Positions 31,001 to 44,400 of a stretch of 64,000 nt of DNA are shown here, one piece after another; position 1 is the stretch's first letter, and each line of letters opens with the position of its first letter. The notes under the pieces are model-generated. The model saw only the letters and a list, made by a program, of their open reading frames with translations. It made no database searches and was not told the DNA's origin. This DNA comes from Chrysomallon squamiferum (lineage: Eukaryota > Animalia > Mollusca), in contig CM022679.1 in NCBI GenBank assembly GCA_012295275.1, positions 13,888,001-13,952,000 on the forward strand. The letters are read 5' to 3'. A program made the translations under genes and the position numbers.

Positions 31001-34000
31001 TCCTCAGTGATGACTACTTCGGAGATGGACAAGCTGTTTATGCCTGATCGACCTCCTCCAGCAGCTTCTGGTACACCAGAAAACAGTGGCAGCCCACCTC
31101 AAGGCCACATGAATGCTACATCAAGTTCTGAAGGAACACCAACACCATCCAGTTCACATTCTAACAGTGCAGTTAATAGTGGAGCCAGACCAAAGACAAC
31201 ATATGTCCTTAGATACAATATTAATAGGTAAGAGCTTTTTATCTTCTTCATTTTTCTGAATCTCACAAAAACAAGTTACATAGGACTTGCTTTTTGAGTC
31301 TTCTTAGTGGATATTACAGCAGTTGACAATTTTGACATCTCCTGTATGTATACTATATGTAAGTATTTAGCAGTAGCAATACATTGAGTTAAAACATCAT
31401 TTTCTTCTATCATAGTTGAGATTTTTGTCATTTCATAGTAATTTGCCTTAATTAATTTAATTGATAGAGCTCTGTATAGTATGTCCCTATTTTTTTATCA
31501 TTTTTTTTTTTTATACAAAGAATACATTTTATTGAAATGTAAAACTTTTATTTTTGTTTTATTTTATTTGTTTGTTTGTTTTTCAGTGGAAAGGATACTG
31601 ACAGTTCAGCATTAGAAGAAGAGGGAGATGACATCAAGGCTTTGGAAGCAAAGATCAGGTGTCTGGGTATGAAGAAGAAACCATCACAAGGTTAATGAAT
31701 TTTGAAATAATATATATTATACTTAAATCTCTGTTGCACCATGATGGTTCCACTGAAATGAAAAAGACATAAAAAGAAAGAAATACGTGATAAAATATCT
31801 GTCCAAGTTAATGATGTTTAATAATCTGTGAATGGTAACAAATAGTCTTTCAAAATAATAACGTTTAACTGCTGATTATATTCTGGTGTAGTTATGTACT
31901 TTACACACAGTGACTTTTCAGCTTGTGTCCTCGACACACCATTTAGCTGGCGTAAATCTTGTAACTTAAAAGATTAATTACAAGACAAGAAAAAGAATAC
32001 AATTTTTCATTGAATATTTTATTAATATTTGTTGAACTTCAGATCTTCCATGTGTTTTCTTTTGGCTTTTTTGAAGTTCAATAACCAATTATTTTTAATT
32101 TTTCACACAGGTATGGCAAGCATTGATAGCAGTGCGCCAGAGACGACCTCCAGTGACAACTCTCCTACCCTAGTACGTAGAAATTTCAACAAGCACCAGG
32201 GACCAGGCAGTGACTGTGGGAGCAGTGCTGAGAGCAGTGATTCTATAGGCTCCAGCAGTTCAGGGGACAAAGCTGCCAGGCTTGTACACAGAGAAAATGA
32301 AAGGTTTGACTTTATAAGATTTTTTTTTTTTTAATTTATTAGTGTTTTTTTTATATGCATATTATTGATAATGTTAAGATGTTATTTCTAAATATATATT
32401 TCAGATGATCACAGAAAATCATTTTTGTTAAATTATTTCTGTTTTAGGTATTTTAATGTGTCATATAATTTATTTTTCTCATTATAAATGTATATTATTA
32501 GCATTTTAATTTTCTAATTAGCTTCAGGATGGATATATTTTGTTGCAAGTAACAAAGGAATTATTCATAATTTTTATATCTTAAATTATTTTTTATTTTA
32601 GTTATTGCAGCTGTCATTGGAATTAGGTCTAGGATAACGTTTTTCCCACTATTATAAATTAAATATGTTTTCACAAATACTTTACTGTTTGGTATCTTAT
32701 CTTTTGTTTTAAAAAAAAGTACAGAAATAATATTATTATAATACAGTTTGGATTATTTTCTTCTTTTCTTAAGAATATAATTTAGTGGTTTTTCATATAA
32801 ATCTCTAAACATAAAGAAAGTTTTATTTATTGTAAAAAACATAATTAATGTATATTTTCAGCCCACCTAGTCCATATATCACCAGAATGCTGCCATCTCA
32901 AGTTATAATGGATTCCCGAAGTTCTACACCCAATATTAAAGGAATGAGGTCATTTTCATTACTGTAAATAAGTTCTGATTGTTTCTTCATTTATTTAGAA
33001 ATAATTAAATCTAATTTATAGATCTTTTCTTTTTGTAAGTCTTTTTTGTTTATTTACACATTGTTGAAACTAGTTAATTAAACACTGATTCTGTGCAGTG
33101 ATTTGAAGAACAAAAATGTTCAAATGTTCAAATTGAAATTTGTTTTAAAAGATTTTGGCAATTGTGTACTTTTTAAAAATATTTTTCATTTTAAGATAGT
33201 TATATTATAGTAAAAAATAAAACAAATCATACTGACACACATTGTTTTATCCTGTGTAATTTGTTGATTATAGTTAATTATTTTATTAGTTCCTGAACAC
33301 TGGATTTAAAATCATTTGTGTTTAGGCAATTAACTTTTTATCCCATGAATTAAAATTAAATGCTAAAAAATTAACTGTAGTTAATAAATAATAATATTCA
33401 GTTGAGAAGTCATTAGCACTTTGGTCTAAAGTAATCAAAACTAATATATTTTTTCAGATACAAGGGCAAGAATCGCACCATGCCAACAATTCCAAACCAG
33501 CCGAGTGAAGCTTCATATCATTTCATGTTTGAACTGGCAAAAAGTGTTCTTCAGAAAAGTGGAGGCAACACATCCAGCTCATTGTTTACCCAACCTTCAA
33601 ACACCACCAACCACACTGGCGCTCATCGCAACCTTCAACTCTGTGCCTTTCAGATTGGACTTTATGCTTTAGGTCTTGGAAACTGTGTGTCTCCTAACTG
33701 GCTGTCCAGAACATACTCATCACACGTGTCTTGGATTGAAAGTAAGTTTTTAAAGTCACTTTTTTAAACTGTTTTCAATACTTCTTCAACTGAATTTGTT
33801 CTTTATTCCTGTGAGGTTAAGAGTTTTGTTGATCGATATTTAATTTTTACATATATTTTACTCTCTTGAAGTCAGATTTACCAAAATTTCAATACTCCAT
33901 TTAGTTTAACTCAGTCTTGTTATTTGATTGTGATGTTGTTGTTTTGTTTTTCAGATCAGGCTCTGGAAATTGGTAGTGCTGCTATCAGAATTCTCATTGA

Positions 34001-36447
34001 TACTTGGGAAGGTCACTTGACACCTCCAGAAATAGCTTCTTTGGCAGACAGAGCATCCCGTGGCCGAGATCCAAACCTTATTCGCTCGGCTGCAGAGCTG
34101 GCTTTGTCTTGTCTGCCACATGCCCATGCTCTCAATCCAACTGAAGTACAAAGAGCTTTGTACCAATGCAAAGAACAGAGCAGAGAGATGTTGGAGAAAG
34201 CCTGCCTTGCTGTAGAAACAGCTGCTGAAGGTGGTGGTGTGTTCCCAGAAGTCTTGTTTGATGTTTCAAAGCACTGGTATGCCCTGTCTGAGGAAGCTGC
34301 CCAGAATGTGTCAGACATTCCTGAGACTGCTCCATCTCGAAATCAGAATTACCCAGATCTTGATGCCCAGGTCCATGTTGTGGCAGTACCACCACAGACT
34401 ATACAGAATGAGCGAACAAGTCCTTCGGCACATTCTGTGCTGTCATTTGCTGAAACTCCACCTCCAAACCAAGTAGCAGTTTCAGCCAACCAGCAACTGA
34501 TCTCTCACAGCACTGGACAGTTGGCTCCACCGGCCATGATTGTTCCTTGTGCTATCCCACAGACAGCCCACCACCACGCCCAGCTACCTCACTCTGCTTA
34601 TCTCCAACATTATAACTATGTCCAACAAGTGCCTGCTGCCACATTCACTCACCATTACTCACAACATCACATGCCACTGCATACACATGGGCTGTACATG
34701 TCACCCTATTACCAGACCCAGGCCCAGTTTGCCAGTATTCAAGGCCTGGCCAGCCACACCCATGTTTACCATACATCAGCAGCACATGTTGGTCATCTGG
34801 CTCCTGCAGTACAAGTCTACCCAGGCCCTACTTGTCAGGTTGCCACTGTACAGAACATCACCACCTCTACATCTAACCCATGTTATGCCATACAGCAGAT
34901 GGAACCATCGACTACAACCACAGCAACAAACTCGGGACAAATACAGGCTGTGTGTGCACAACCACCACAACTGCAGCCTGCTGCACACAATCAAGAGCAG
35001 CTGAATTATCTGATGGCTGCATTCAGGGTTGGCATGGCTGCCATGGAAACTCTGGCTCGAAGAGTACATGATGACAGGCCACAGACTAAATATGCAAGGA
35101 ATCCTCCCTATGGAGAAGATTTGAAATGGCTGCTGGGAATTTCTATTAAACTTGGTATGCTTAAAACATAAAATAATTTATTTTTGAATGCAGTGTATTA
35201 TGGATGTGTGTGTGTGTATTTATATTTTTAATTTAAAAATTTGGTAACAATTTTCTATTGGGGAAAAACTGATTTTATTTATTTTTTAATTATCATTATT
35301 AATGTTTGTGGGAGGGTTTGTTTGATTTGGCTGCCTTTTTCTTTATTTAATTTTTGGAATTGCAGCTTATTTGTATTCATTGCTGTGGAAGAAACTGATA
35401 ATTGTTTTTAAAATAGCTTAGTTAAAATAATATGCATTTTATGTTGCTAAAGTCAAATGTACTGAACTTGTAGGAACGTCCTACCTACAACAGTTCTGTG
35501 CGAGTGCAGTGAATGCAGTTGTGAGTCCATTCATTCTGTACGACCTGGCACTGGATGCTGCTCGGTTTCTTGCCAGAAACAACCCAGCCCATGTACCAAA
35601 CCAGCTGAGATCAACTCTTCTCAACTCCTTGTTTCAGAAATGTCTGCAGATGTAAGTGCATGATGAATGTGATTTTTAAACATACTGTTACATTTTTGTT
35701 GACATAAGAGCATATTTCCAAATGATACTGTAACTTAAAAAAGAAAAGTATTTCCAACCATATTTTTATTATGTATAAAAGCAAATCCATTTTAGTGATA
35801 AAAGGTGCTACATTATAAATGCAACAGTGTGCTTAGAAAATAATTGATTGTTACATTGTTTTATATATATATATTTATTTATTTGTTTTTCAAATATAAT
35901 TTCATTTTCAGAATAACAAATTGCCAATTGTTTTTAATATTATTGTTATTATCTTGCATAATGTGTTGATAAGATTAATTTCAGTGACATTTTTAAAACT
36001 TTGATCCAATTATTACTATTATTATCCTTTCACAGATGTTGACATTAAAGTCATAGCTATTCATTGTCATTTTATTGTTGATGTAATTGCAGTCATGGTT
36101 GTCTATTATCTTCTTATGGTTGTTGTCAATGCAATGGTGGTTCTGCATCATCTTTTTTTCATTATTATTGTTGTTGTCATTATATTCCTGGAGGAAGCAC
36201 AAAACTAAGAAAGTGTTCATATTTTTCTAGGTTCATCCAGTGTGCACATCAAAGGATTCACCACATTAACCACACAGACTATGAGGACTTCGTCGGCATC
36301 GTGTGCAGTGCACGCAACGCCTTCTATATGGCACCAGGTGGCGTGGTCCAGTTCAACGAACTTCTACAGAGTCTTCGGCGGTCCAAGTCCTGCCGCAAAG
36401 AGTTGTGGCAGAGAATCATGAACGGTCTAGCGACAGGCAGTGCTTGA
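16896..36447 (+). CDS. ZSWIM8: Zinc finger SWIM domain protein 8 (Dora/EBAX-1 orthologue), 1852 aa, 22 exons: 16896-17073, 23302-23455, 23866-23960, 24259-24437, 24930-25037, 25355-25436, 26068-26188, 26463-26658, 26884-27993, 28361-28502, 28869-29044, 29448-29646, 29961-30014, 30386-30510, 30851-31227, 31587-31690, 32111-32303, 32862-32948, 33458-33741, 33955-35154, 35474-35651, 36231-36447
   Basis: Family N-terminus DRFSFDDSDRFEEDSLCSW..NWRGW; BC-box SLVELAAQAVA; SWIM finger CTCTCNSSAWCSH; conserved LLRPLRGREPEGMWNLLSIVREMF, PNWLSRTYSSHVSWI and KYARNPPYGEDLKWLL. Exon lengths sum to 5559 nt with matching phases; stop TGA 36445-36447. Confidence 0.97.
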
Positions 36448-39362
36448 CAGTAGTCCCCAGCTAAAGTTAGTTTGTATGTGTTCACAGGTTCTAATCAGTT
36501 ATATTTGTAGAAAAATATATATTATATATCTATATAAAATAAAATAAAAAAAAAAAAAAAAAAAAAAAAAAATATTGCAGATGGGGAAAAAGCAAACTGA
36601 AGTCATGTAATTTTTATTTTTATCTTTAATAATAAGGGAAAAAATGATTGTATGTAGAAATATCTGGAAAGAAAGACAAGATGAAATGAAGAACTGCCGT
36701 ATTTTGTGCGCATTGTTTATTACAGTATATATTTTTTTTTCTGTAGATATTGACATGTATTGAATTATAAATGAATATTTACATGTATTTTCTTGATTTT
36801 TTATTGAAGTTCTTTACCTTTTTGTAGGGCTTCATGAAAAGATTAGAACATCAAGCCAGTTACATGTCAGTGATTTCATTTTAACACTAACTGCAGTGAT
36901 ATGGTTCATAGCACAGTTGCTAGTTTAATTCTGTAAGGTGTCAAAAGATTTCACAAAATCATAAAACCACAAACTTTTTGTTGTGATTTCTATGACACGC
37001 TTCATCATAACATTATGATTGTTTTGAGTTGCCACATTATTTCTGAATCAACAAATATTATTTTCAAACTTAAGAAATTACAGTGTTAATTTAAAAGAAA
37101 TATTTTTCAGTTCCAAAGACAATAGAAAACTAACAAATAATTTAGAATTTGTGTTCAAAATCAGCACAGGATGTTGGATGTATCTTTTTCAGACACTCAC
37201 AGTATTAAGGCTAATTATTAAATGTTATTAAATTTGTTATTTTCTTGGGGCAAAGCTTTAAAATTTTGAATGTCTTTAGAAAAAAAAAAAAAAAAAAAAA
37301 TTGTATTTCACCTAACTCATTCAGAGTGATTAACATTTAATTTCCAAAAAAAAAAAAAATTAAACAAAAACTTAACATAATAGTTAATGAATGTCTCTTT
37401 TTCTTGTTAACAAGGTGATAAAAATAAGAAATTCAGTCATGAATGCTTCGTAATAGGACTTATAGGAAACAAAAAAAACAGTACTGTAGGGAAATAAAAC
37501 AACATGCTCATACTTTAAAGAAGTTTTAAAAACAGTCTGCAAGAGAAAAAAAAAAAAAAAAAAAAATCCAATTTGTAACTGGCCTATTGTTCTTGATGAC
37601 ATTTGTTGTTGAACTTGTATTTTGGAATGTGTCACCATGTAAACTGTTTTTTCTTCATATCGTGTGTATTTATGACTTGTATTTATATACTCTGTTACCC
37701 ACATTTTATAATCATTAGTTTTGGTTTTTATTGAAATGATTACTGGTTATGTTTATTTTGCTTAATATTGATTGTTTGCTTTATTATTATTATTTCCTTT
37801 CGTGTAACTGTATATGATGTAATGTATTGTACACTCTGGAATATTTTCTTGTTACTGTTTTTTTTGTGTTATAATTTTGTCTTGTTACTTAATTACTCGG
37901 ATTCTTATTCTGTGTATTTTTTGTATTGTTTTTTTGGGGGGTGGAGGGTGAGTTTTTGGTTATTGGGGGGGCTTTAGTGGGTTTTTTTAATAATTTTCTA
38001 ATTAATTTCTTAAAAATAAAAACGGGAGATGAAAAATGCTTATAAATATTATTATTATTATAATATTTGTTTTAATTTTTGATTTGGTTAATGCTATCTT
38101 AAAATAATACTAAAGCACGGTAGTAAAGGAGAAAATTTTGGTGTTTTTATTTAAAATACCTTTTGACTAGTTTTCAGTAAGTCAGAAACTAACCTGATAA
38201 TATAATTTTCATTTAATTTTCTGTCAGCTGTTAAGATGAAATTATTCAATGCATTGAACAGAATTAAAATTATCATTAAAATTAAAGAAATGGCATTTTA
38301 TTGCACTGCCATACTTTTTTATAAATACATATTTAGAATCGAATTAAATTAGTAGTTATATTTTTTGATTATATACAATTGTTGTCATTTATCTTGAAAT
38401 TAAACATGGATTGAGTTACATTGTAACTAATTTGGTAATGGTATGTAGGGGTTATCTATCATTTCATATAAAAATCACAGTAACCCTTTTTAATTTCATT
38501 TATTAGAAAATCTTAGAATGAAATGCAAACTATTATTGATTTTTGTGATCTTGTGTTGAAGACAAGTTATCAAGATTATTATTAAAAATGCTGGGTAGAG
38601 TAAACACACAGAGTAAAAAAGGGTGGATTTATTCAGTGGAAATAATGTTTTTTTTGTCTTCTTTTCCCAATTTTTTTTTGTCACATGACACCTGTTATCC
38701 ATTATTTATTAATGTGACGTTATAAGTCTGTTGTACAATGTCTGTATGTGTGTGCGTGGATTACCATATTCTGTGTTTTTCTGTACAACATTAGACTGCT
38801 TTATGTTACATCAACATGTGTTAATAATTTATTACAAATTTTATGCAATTTATTATATTGAATGACCTTTTTGTCAGTAGTTTATAGAATAAAAGCACAT
38901 GGCACTGTTGTATTTTTTTAGCTGGGCCAATGTCATACAAGTGTTAGCATGTTCCGTCCGGCATGAGCAAAACCCAAGACGCTGGCGAATTTAAGAATTA
39001 ATTTGGCATGTAATTTATCTTTACGGTCATGACCAGGTTTTGTGTGTCAGTGTTTTAGATAAAATTGTCATGTAATTTAGTTCTGACTAAGAAGTATTTT
39101 AAATTAGACTTTACAGTTATTACCATCTGTAAACCTGTCATACTGTTAAAAAAAAAAAAAAAAAAAAATATACGAAAATGTAAGAATGTATTTTAATGAA
39201 TGGTTCTTTCCTTGCAGTATAAAAATGGATATTTTTGGACTATTTATTGTACTGGTCGAATATTGCCAGTAATGTTAAAAATTAATAATGATAATTCTTG
39301 TTATTGTTTTATTTATTTATTTTATATTTTTGCCAGACTCTTTACTGTAATTATCATTTCTG

Positions 39363-39368
39363 AATAAA
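39363..39368 (+). terminator. Candidate distal polyadenylation signal of ZSWIM8 (others at 38888 and further upstream)
   Basis: AATAAA near where the ZSWIM8 and VAMP7-like 3' regions converge; AATAAA is common by chance in this composition. Confidence 0.35.
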
Positions 39369-41057
39369 GTGAAAATTTATTATTTAACCAAACCAAATCT
39401 TAGACCACAAATTCTGAAACAAAATATTTCTGTTAATAATATATATTTTTAAATAAGTAACAGTCTGGCTTGTTTACATCACTAAATATCATCTTCTTTA
39501 CAGTTTGAAATTGCAGGCAATTACTATAAACATCTGTTTAATAACAACAGTGTTTATATTTTATGTCATTTATTTTGATATTATCAATAGAAATTATTTT
39601 ATTAAAAAGCAGATACAGATTTTTTTTTTATCATTTTAGATGGGTAAATTAATAGTAATATCATTTCATATTTCTATAATATTTACATTTTTTCTTTTAT
39701 TTTTTTTTTAATCTGAAAAGATTAAAGAAATATGCATGTAAATTACCATCACTAACATTTTAAATGAATATTTCAGAAAATGTATTAAAATTTGAAAATG
39801 TCCAACTAAGCATTTAAAATCTGCTATTTAATTCAGTCTTGAATCAGGAATATTTTATTGTTTGTTTAGTAAGTTTTGTCGAATTCAAAGAGAAAACATA
39901 GGCTGACCACCAACCTGCTGATTAAAAAAATGCCAGCAAACATTTGATCTGGCCACATTGTTTCCAAACAGCAGTATTAATTCTGTTATAATCCAGAGCT
40001 ATGTTTACAGCCATTACGTACTTTTGTCTGTAACGATTGCTTTGTTTCAATAAAGAGTGAGTCTAATAACTTTTTCACTTCTTCTTTATGTCTCAGAAAT
40101 ACAAATTTCTTTAATAATCAGACATTTAAAAAAGTGTAGGTGGGATCAAAACAAATCTAAATATTTGTTTCTGTATTTCATGTGTTACATTTATTTCAGG
40201 TAGGACAGTAAAGAAAAAAAAAATGCTTTTGGTTCAAATGTATGAATTTTTGTTTCAAATTGTGCCTTCTAAAAATACCAGTACATGTTTTTTGTCCAGA
40301 AATTTGTTTTCCTGCATTCATGAAATACACTGGAATGTAAAATTGATCATAAAGATTGTTTATTACAAAGTAAGGGAGAGTTAATACCTTATTTATTCAA
40401 ACTTTAATGCAGTTACAGCAGCAGAGATTAAATCCATACCTAACTTTGGATAAATCTGATAAGATACTGAATTAAAATTGTAATATTACTGTTTTAATAT
40501 TTTGAAATATGACAATCTATCTAACAATAATATAATTAAACAGTATTCAAAATATTTTCTTGGCTCATAAACACATTTGAAGATGCACTTAGAAACTTGA
40601 ATTCCAAGTGAATAAACTATACAAGAATAGGTTCATTTACCCATGAATTATAATGTTTACAAAAGAACACAGTTCAAAGAGAATAACTATACATAACAAT
40701 TTTAATAACTTCATAAAATAATAATTGTGAAATTTTACCATGGTAAATGGATTTTTAAAGTTTGTATAATTAACTGTAAATCAGAATTATAATAAAAAGT
40801 TTGTATTACAATAATACTCAATGAATGTATGTTAGAAACAGAAAGACACCTTCATTATGGTGGATGTAACTTTCAAGATGAATTAACATCATATGTACAT
40901 TATATTCTACATTCACAAATTGAAACAATCGCTTTTTACAAAACTATATGCCTCTGGACTTTGGAAAATGAACCGTTTCAAAGTGAATGACTAATATGAC
41001 ACTTAAAAAGTTCTGGGTTTCAACTAATGTGCAGATTCACTTTAAATAGTTCAAGGG

Positions 41058-43845
41058 TTAATGATGATATTTTTTCATTTCACGAGTTTTTGTAGCTGGT
41101 TTGGTATCACCTGTCTTGATCACTCCTGTCTTTGTTAGAATAATGACTACAATTACAGTAAGAACAATTACAACAACAACTCCCAGTAACAGTGTCATTC
41201 TCATGTTCCTCCACCAATACTTCTTTCGCACTCTCTTCGTTATCTTCTGAAAAACTCCAGCCTACAAACAAAAATAAACTGAAAAATATTTCAATAAATC
41301 ATAAAACTGAATAATGTATGTGTGTAAAAAAAAAAAAAAAAACAACTTTACTTCATAAAACTCTATACAACATAAAATAAATGGACATCTTGAACATTCA
41401 AAATTAATGCAAAGCTTTAAAAAAAAAAAAAAAATTAAGTTGCTGATAAATAACTTTAGTTATGAATGAACATATAAACGATGGCTGAAAGATAATTCCC
41501 CAACCCTGTTTGTTAAAACTTTGGTGACTTAAAAAAAGAAAATAATTTACACTGGCTTCCAAATCATCAGTTTTGTCCATAAGATCTTCCAGTTTATCAC
41601 CACGTTGCAAGACTTTCTGAACATTTTGAGTCATGACATCTTTAATATCTTCCACTTGTGAACGTAGCTGTGACATAGCCATTTTACCATCATCTGAATA
41701 TTCCTCCTGTACACACCAAAACAAAAATAAACTATTTCATATAAGTATGAAGGAAGGACGTACTGCTGTCAGGCAATGAGAGCCTTTTTTTTTTTTTTTT
41801 TTAATTAGTAGAATCTTCTCCCAGAGGTAAAGTCTCTGTCATTGGCTGTTGATCAACCTAGGCTACTGACTGGACAGAAAAATGGGAACATGAAGGATTA
41901 TTCAACTTGACATTCTGATAAAGACAGCTTTTGCAGAAAGGAGAAATCTTTCAGTTAAATATTGAAAGAACATATATAAATAAAACATTTATTTTAATCT
42001 ACTAATAATGAAATCAAAATGACATGGAGTCAAATAATACAACAAAATACATGAATAATAAGTATTTATTAAAAAGACTTGGAGTCATTTTGATATTATA
42101 TAAATTATAACAATATTTAAATATGAATAACTCAATAATGATGTTCAGTTTTTTTGTTTTGTTATTTCAAACAAAAACACAAGAGACTAAACTTGCTGTT
42201 GCATTCCAACGGCTGCTTTTTCTTAATGATTAGCAGCAAGAAATCTTTTAATAACCACCTTCCTTTGATAAACCAGACATGATGAACTGATACACATGAA
42301 AAATAACTCAAAATTTGTAATCTAACAAACTTCAGGGATCAATATATACAACATATCACATTTAGACTTTTGTATTCCATTAATTTTTTGAAAATAACTT
42401 TGCTAAAATATTTTCCTTAAAATTATGCTTTACAAATTCAGGAATGAAAAAATGTTATCTAACTCTGTGATGAAACCACACTTACTTATAAAAGAGAGAG
42501 GTCACTGTTTTGAAAGAATTATATCCAATGGATAATAGAAAAAAATATTACCATTTGTCTTGAGAGAACATCTTTAAAGTCTGAATTTAGGTCACCAAGT
42601 CCTGCTGTTTCTGCTCGTCTAACAAGATTTCTGTTGTGGAACTGAGATTTAATCTGCAACAAAGAATAATTTTGTTAATGATAATCATGTGTATGTGTAC
42701 GTGTGTGTGTACTGAATATTTAAACCTACAAAACTCTTAACAATGTTCAACACTTTAATATTTCTTAAATATCTTCTTAATATTTTTAAATAAATTTTAA
42801 AAATAATAATAAATAAATAAATAAATACATATTTTTAAAATTCTAAAATTTTTCCTTTTTTTTTTTTTTTTTGGTTTTAATGGTTTTTACTTTTAAGAAA
42901 ATCCAATGTTAATTAACTGAGTGGTGTAATATGTGAAGATTTGAATGTTAACTGCAAACAATGCATTTTTACTAAGATATTGATTCTGTAATATATGAAG
43001 AGTTGAGTAGTAACTGCAAACCACAGATTTGTGATAATGACAGCTTTGATGAATGTAACAATTATCTTCAAAGTTTGATAATTTATACCCCAAAAAACCC
43101 TGTGTATTAATTTTATAAAAGATATTATTTTATACTTTCTTTTAAAAATTTAACTTAATAGGTATGTACACAAGCTACATTACAATATAACTTGAATCTT
43201 TACAAACTTTATAATATTTAAAGTTTTAGTTTGTATTTAGAATCTTAATAAAAAAAATAATTATAGTTTGAAAATACCTCTTCAAGGAAAAGATAAGCTT
43301 GTTGTTGTCTAAATTCAGAATCAGTTGAACACAAGTAAATAAGTCCATCATGTACAATGCTATGAAAGCAGTAACTAAATCACAAGATAAATTTTTATAT
43401 TAATATATTTATATTTGTCTATATATATTTCTGTGTGCATGTGTGCTTCACTTTTATTGCTTAAAAAATTTAAAGAAATTGTTTTTTTTTTCCCCCATTT
43501 TAAATAATATAAAATGCAGATCAATTTTGGTAACATTTTCATTGAAAAGTTTTACTTAAATAATGTTTTTAACATGTTAATACTAAGATTATCATTCTAT
43601 TTTTATTTTACTTTTATTATTATTATTTATTTATTTATTTATTTATTTGCACACACAAAAATAATTAAAATAGTTACAGTAAAAATAAAATACTTGTTTG
43701 ATGTGTATGTCGTTTTTCCATTCTTTTGAACTGGTATATTTGGCAGCATATGATTGACTGTAACTGTGAAATTGCCTGTTGCATTTTGATGATTGCATAA
43801 AATGACAGTGCCTCGAGATATACAGCTGAATTTAATTTTACCCAT
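41058..43845 (-). CDS. VAMP7: Longin-domain R-SNARE, VAMP7/VAMP7-like, 236 aa; exons 43845-43694, 43374-43278, 42653-42552, 41706-41551, 41261-41058
   Basis: Longin domain MGKIKFSCISRGTVILCNHQNATGNF..KTTYTSNNYCFHSIVHDGLIYLCSTDSEF..AYLFLEEIKSQF; R-SNARE QVEDIKDVMTQNVQKVLQRGDKLEDLMDKTDDLE; RKKYWWRNM then a TM helix; 711 nt, phases consistent. Exact paralogue uncertain. Confidence 0.92.
42183..42300 (-). mobile_element. Meta-type SINE core fragment in a VAMP7-like intron
   Basis: Reverse complement contains AAAAGATTTCTTGCTGCTAATC..GCAGCC..GCAACAGCAAGTTTAGTCTCT, resembling the MetaSINE core as recalled. Confidence 0.5.
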
Positions 43846-44168
43846 CACTGTAGAAACAGAAAATAAACACAGTGTGTTATTTTTAAATAAAAGAGCAGTT
43901 TAGATACAGTAGTCTGATCATTTTTCCTAGGCTTATTTTTACATATAGTTATAAAAATCTTTTTATTGAATATTTTTCTTTCCAGGAAAGTTTTTAATTT
44001 TAAAATATATATATATATTACAACAAAGAGTTTTAATAAACAAATCAGTATTTTCTTTTTTAGTTTTAAATAAATAATTAAACTAAATGTATTAATACAT
44101 ACTGTTAGTGCATATGATATTAATTATTGTAATAATGAATGATGTAAACTGAAAAATGCAAATTAATA

Positions 44169-44210
<42 letters not shown>

Positions 44211-44267
44211 CATCATAATAATAATAATAATAATAACAATAACAATAATTAATAATTAATTAATTAC

Positions 44268-44400
44268 CTTGCTATAAATATTTGTTTTCTTCTTCTTTTC
44301 TTTTTCTTTTTTTTAATTTTCTTTTTTTTTTTCCTCTCTGTCTTTTTCTTCAGATTTGTACTTGGATGGTACTGAAACTTGCCGTCAAAATATATTTGGC
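44268..44400 (-). other. Putative non-coding first exon of the VAMP7-like gene (5' boundary approximate)
   Basis: Donor CAAG|GTAATT at 44268. The ATG exon has an acceptor only 2 nt before the ATG, so an upstream exon is expected. Confidence 0.6.

Noticed and set aside
36445-36453. ZSWIM8 ends TGA-CAG-TAG, resembling a penultimate selenocysteine or readthrough context
   Set aside because: No canonical SECIS found by eye (the 38963 AUGA stem lacks the 3' GA), ZSWIM8 is not a known selenoprotein, and readthrough would add only two residues.
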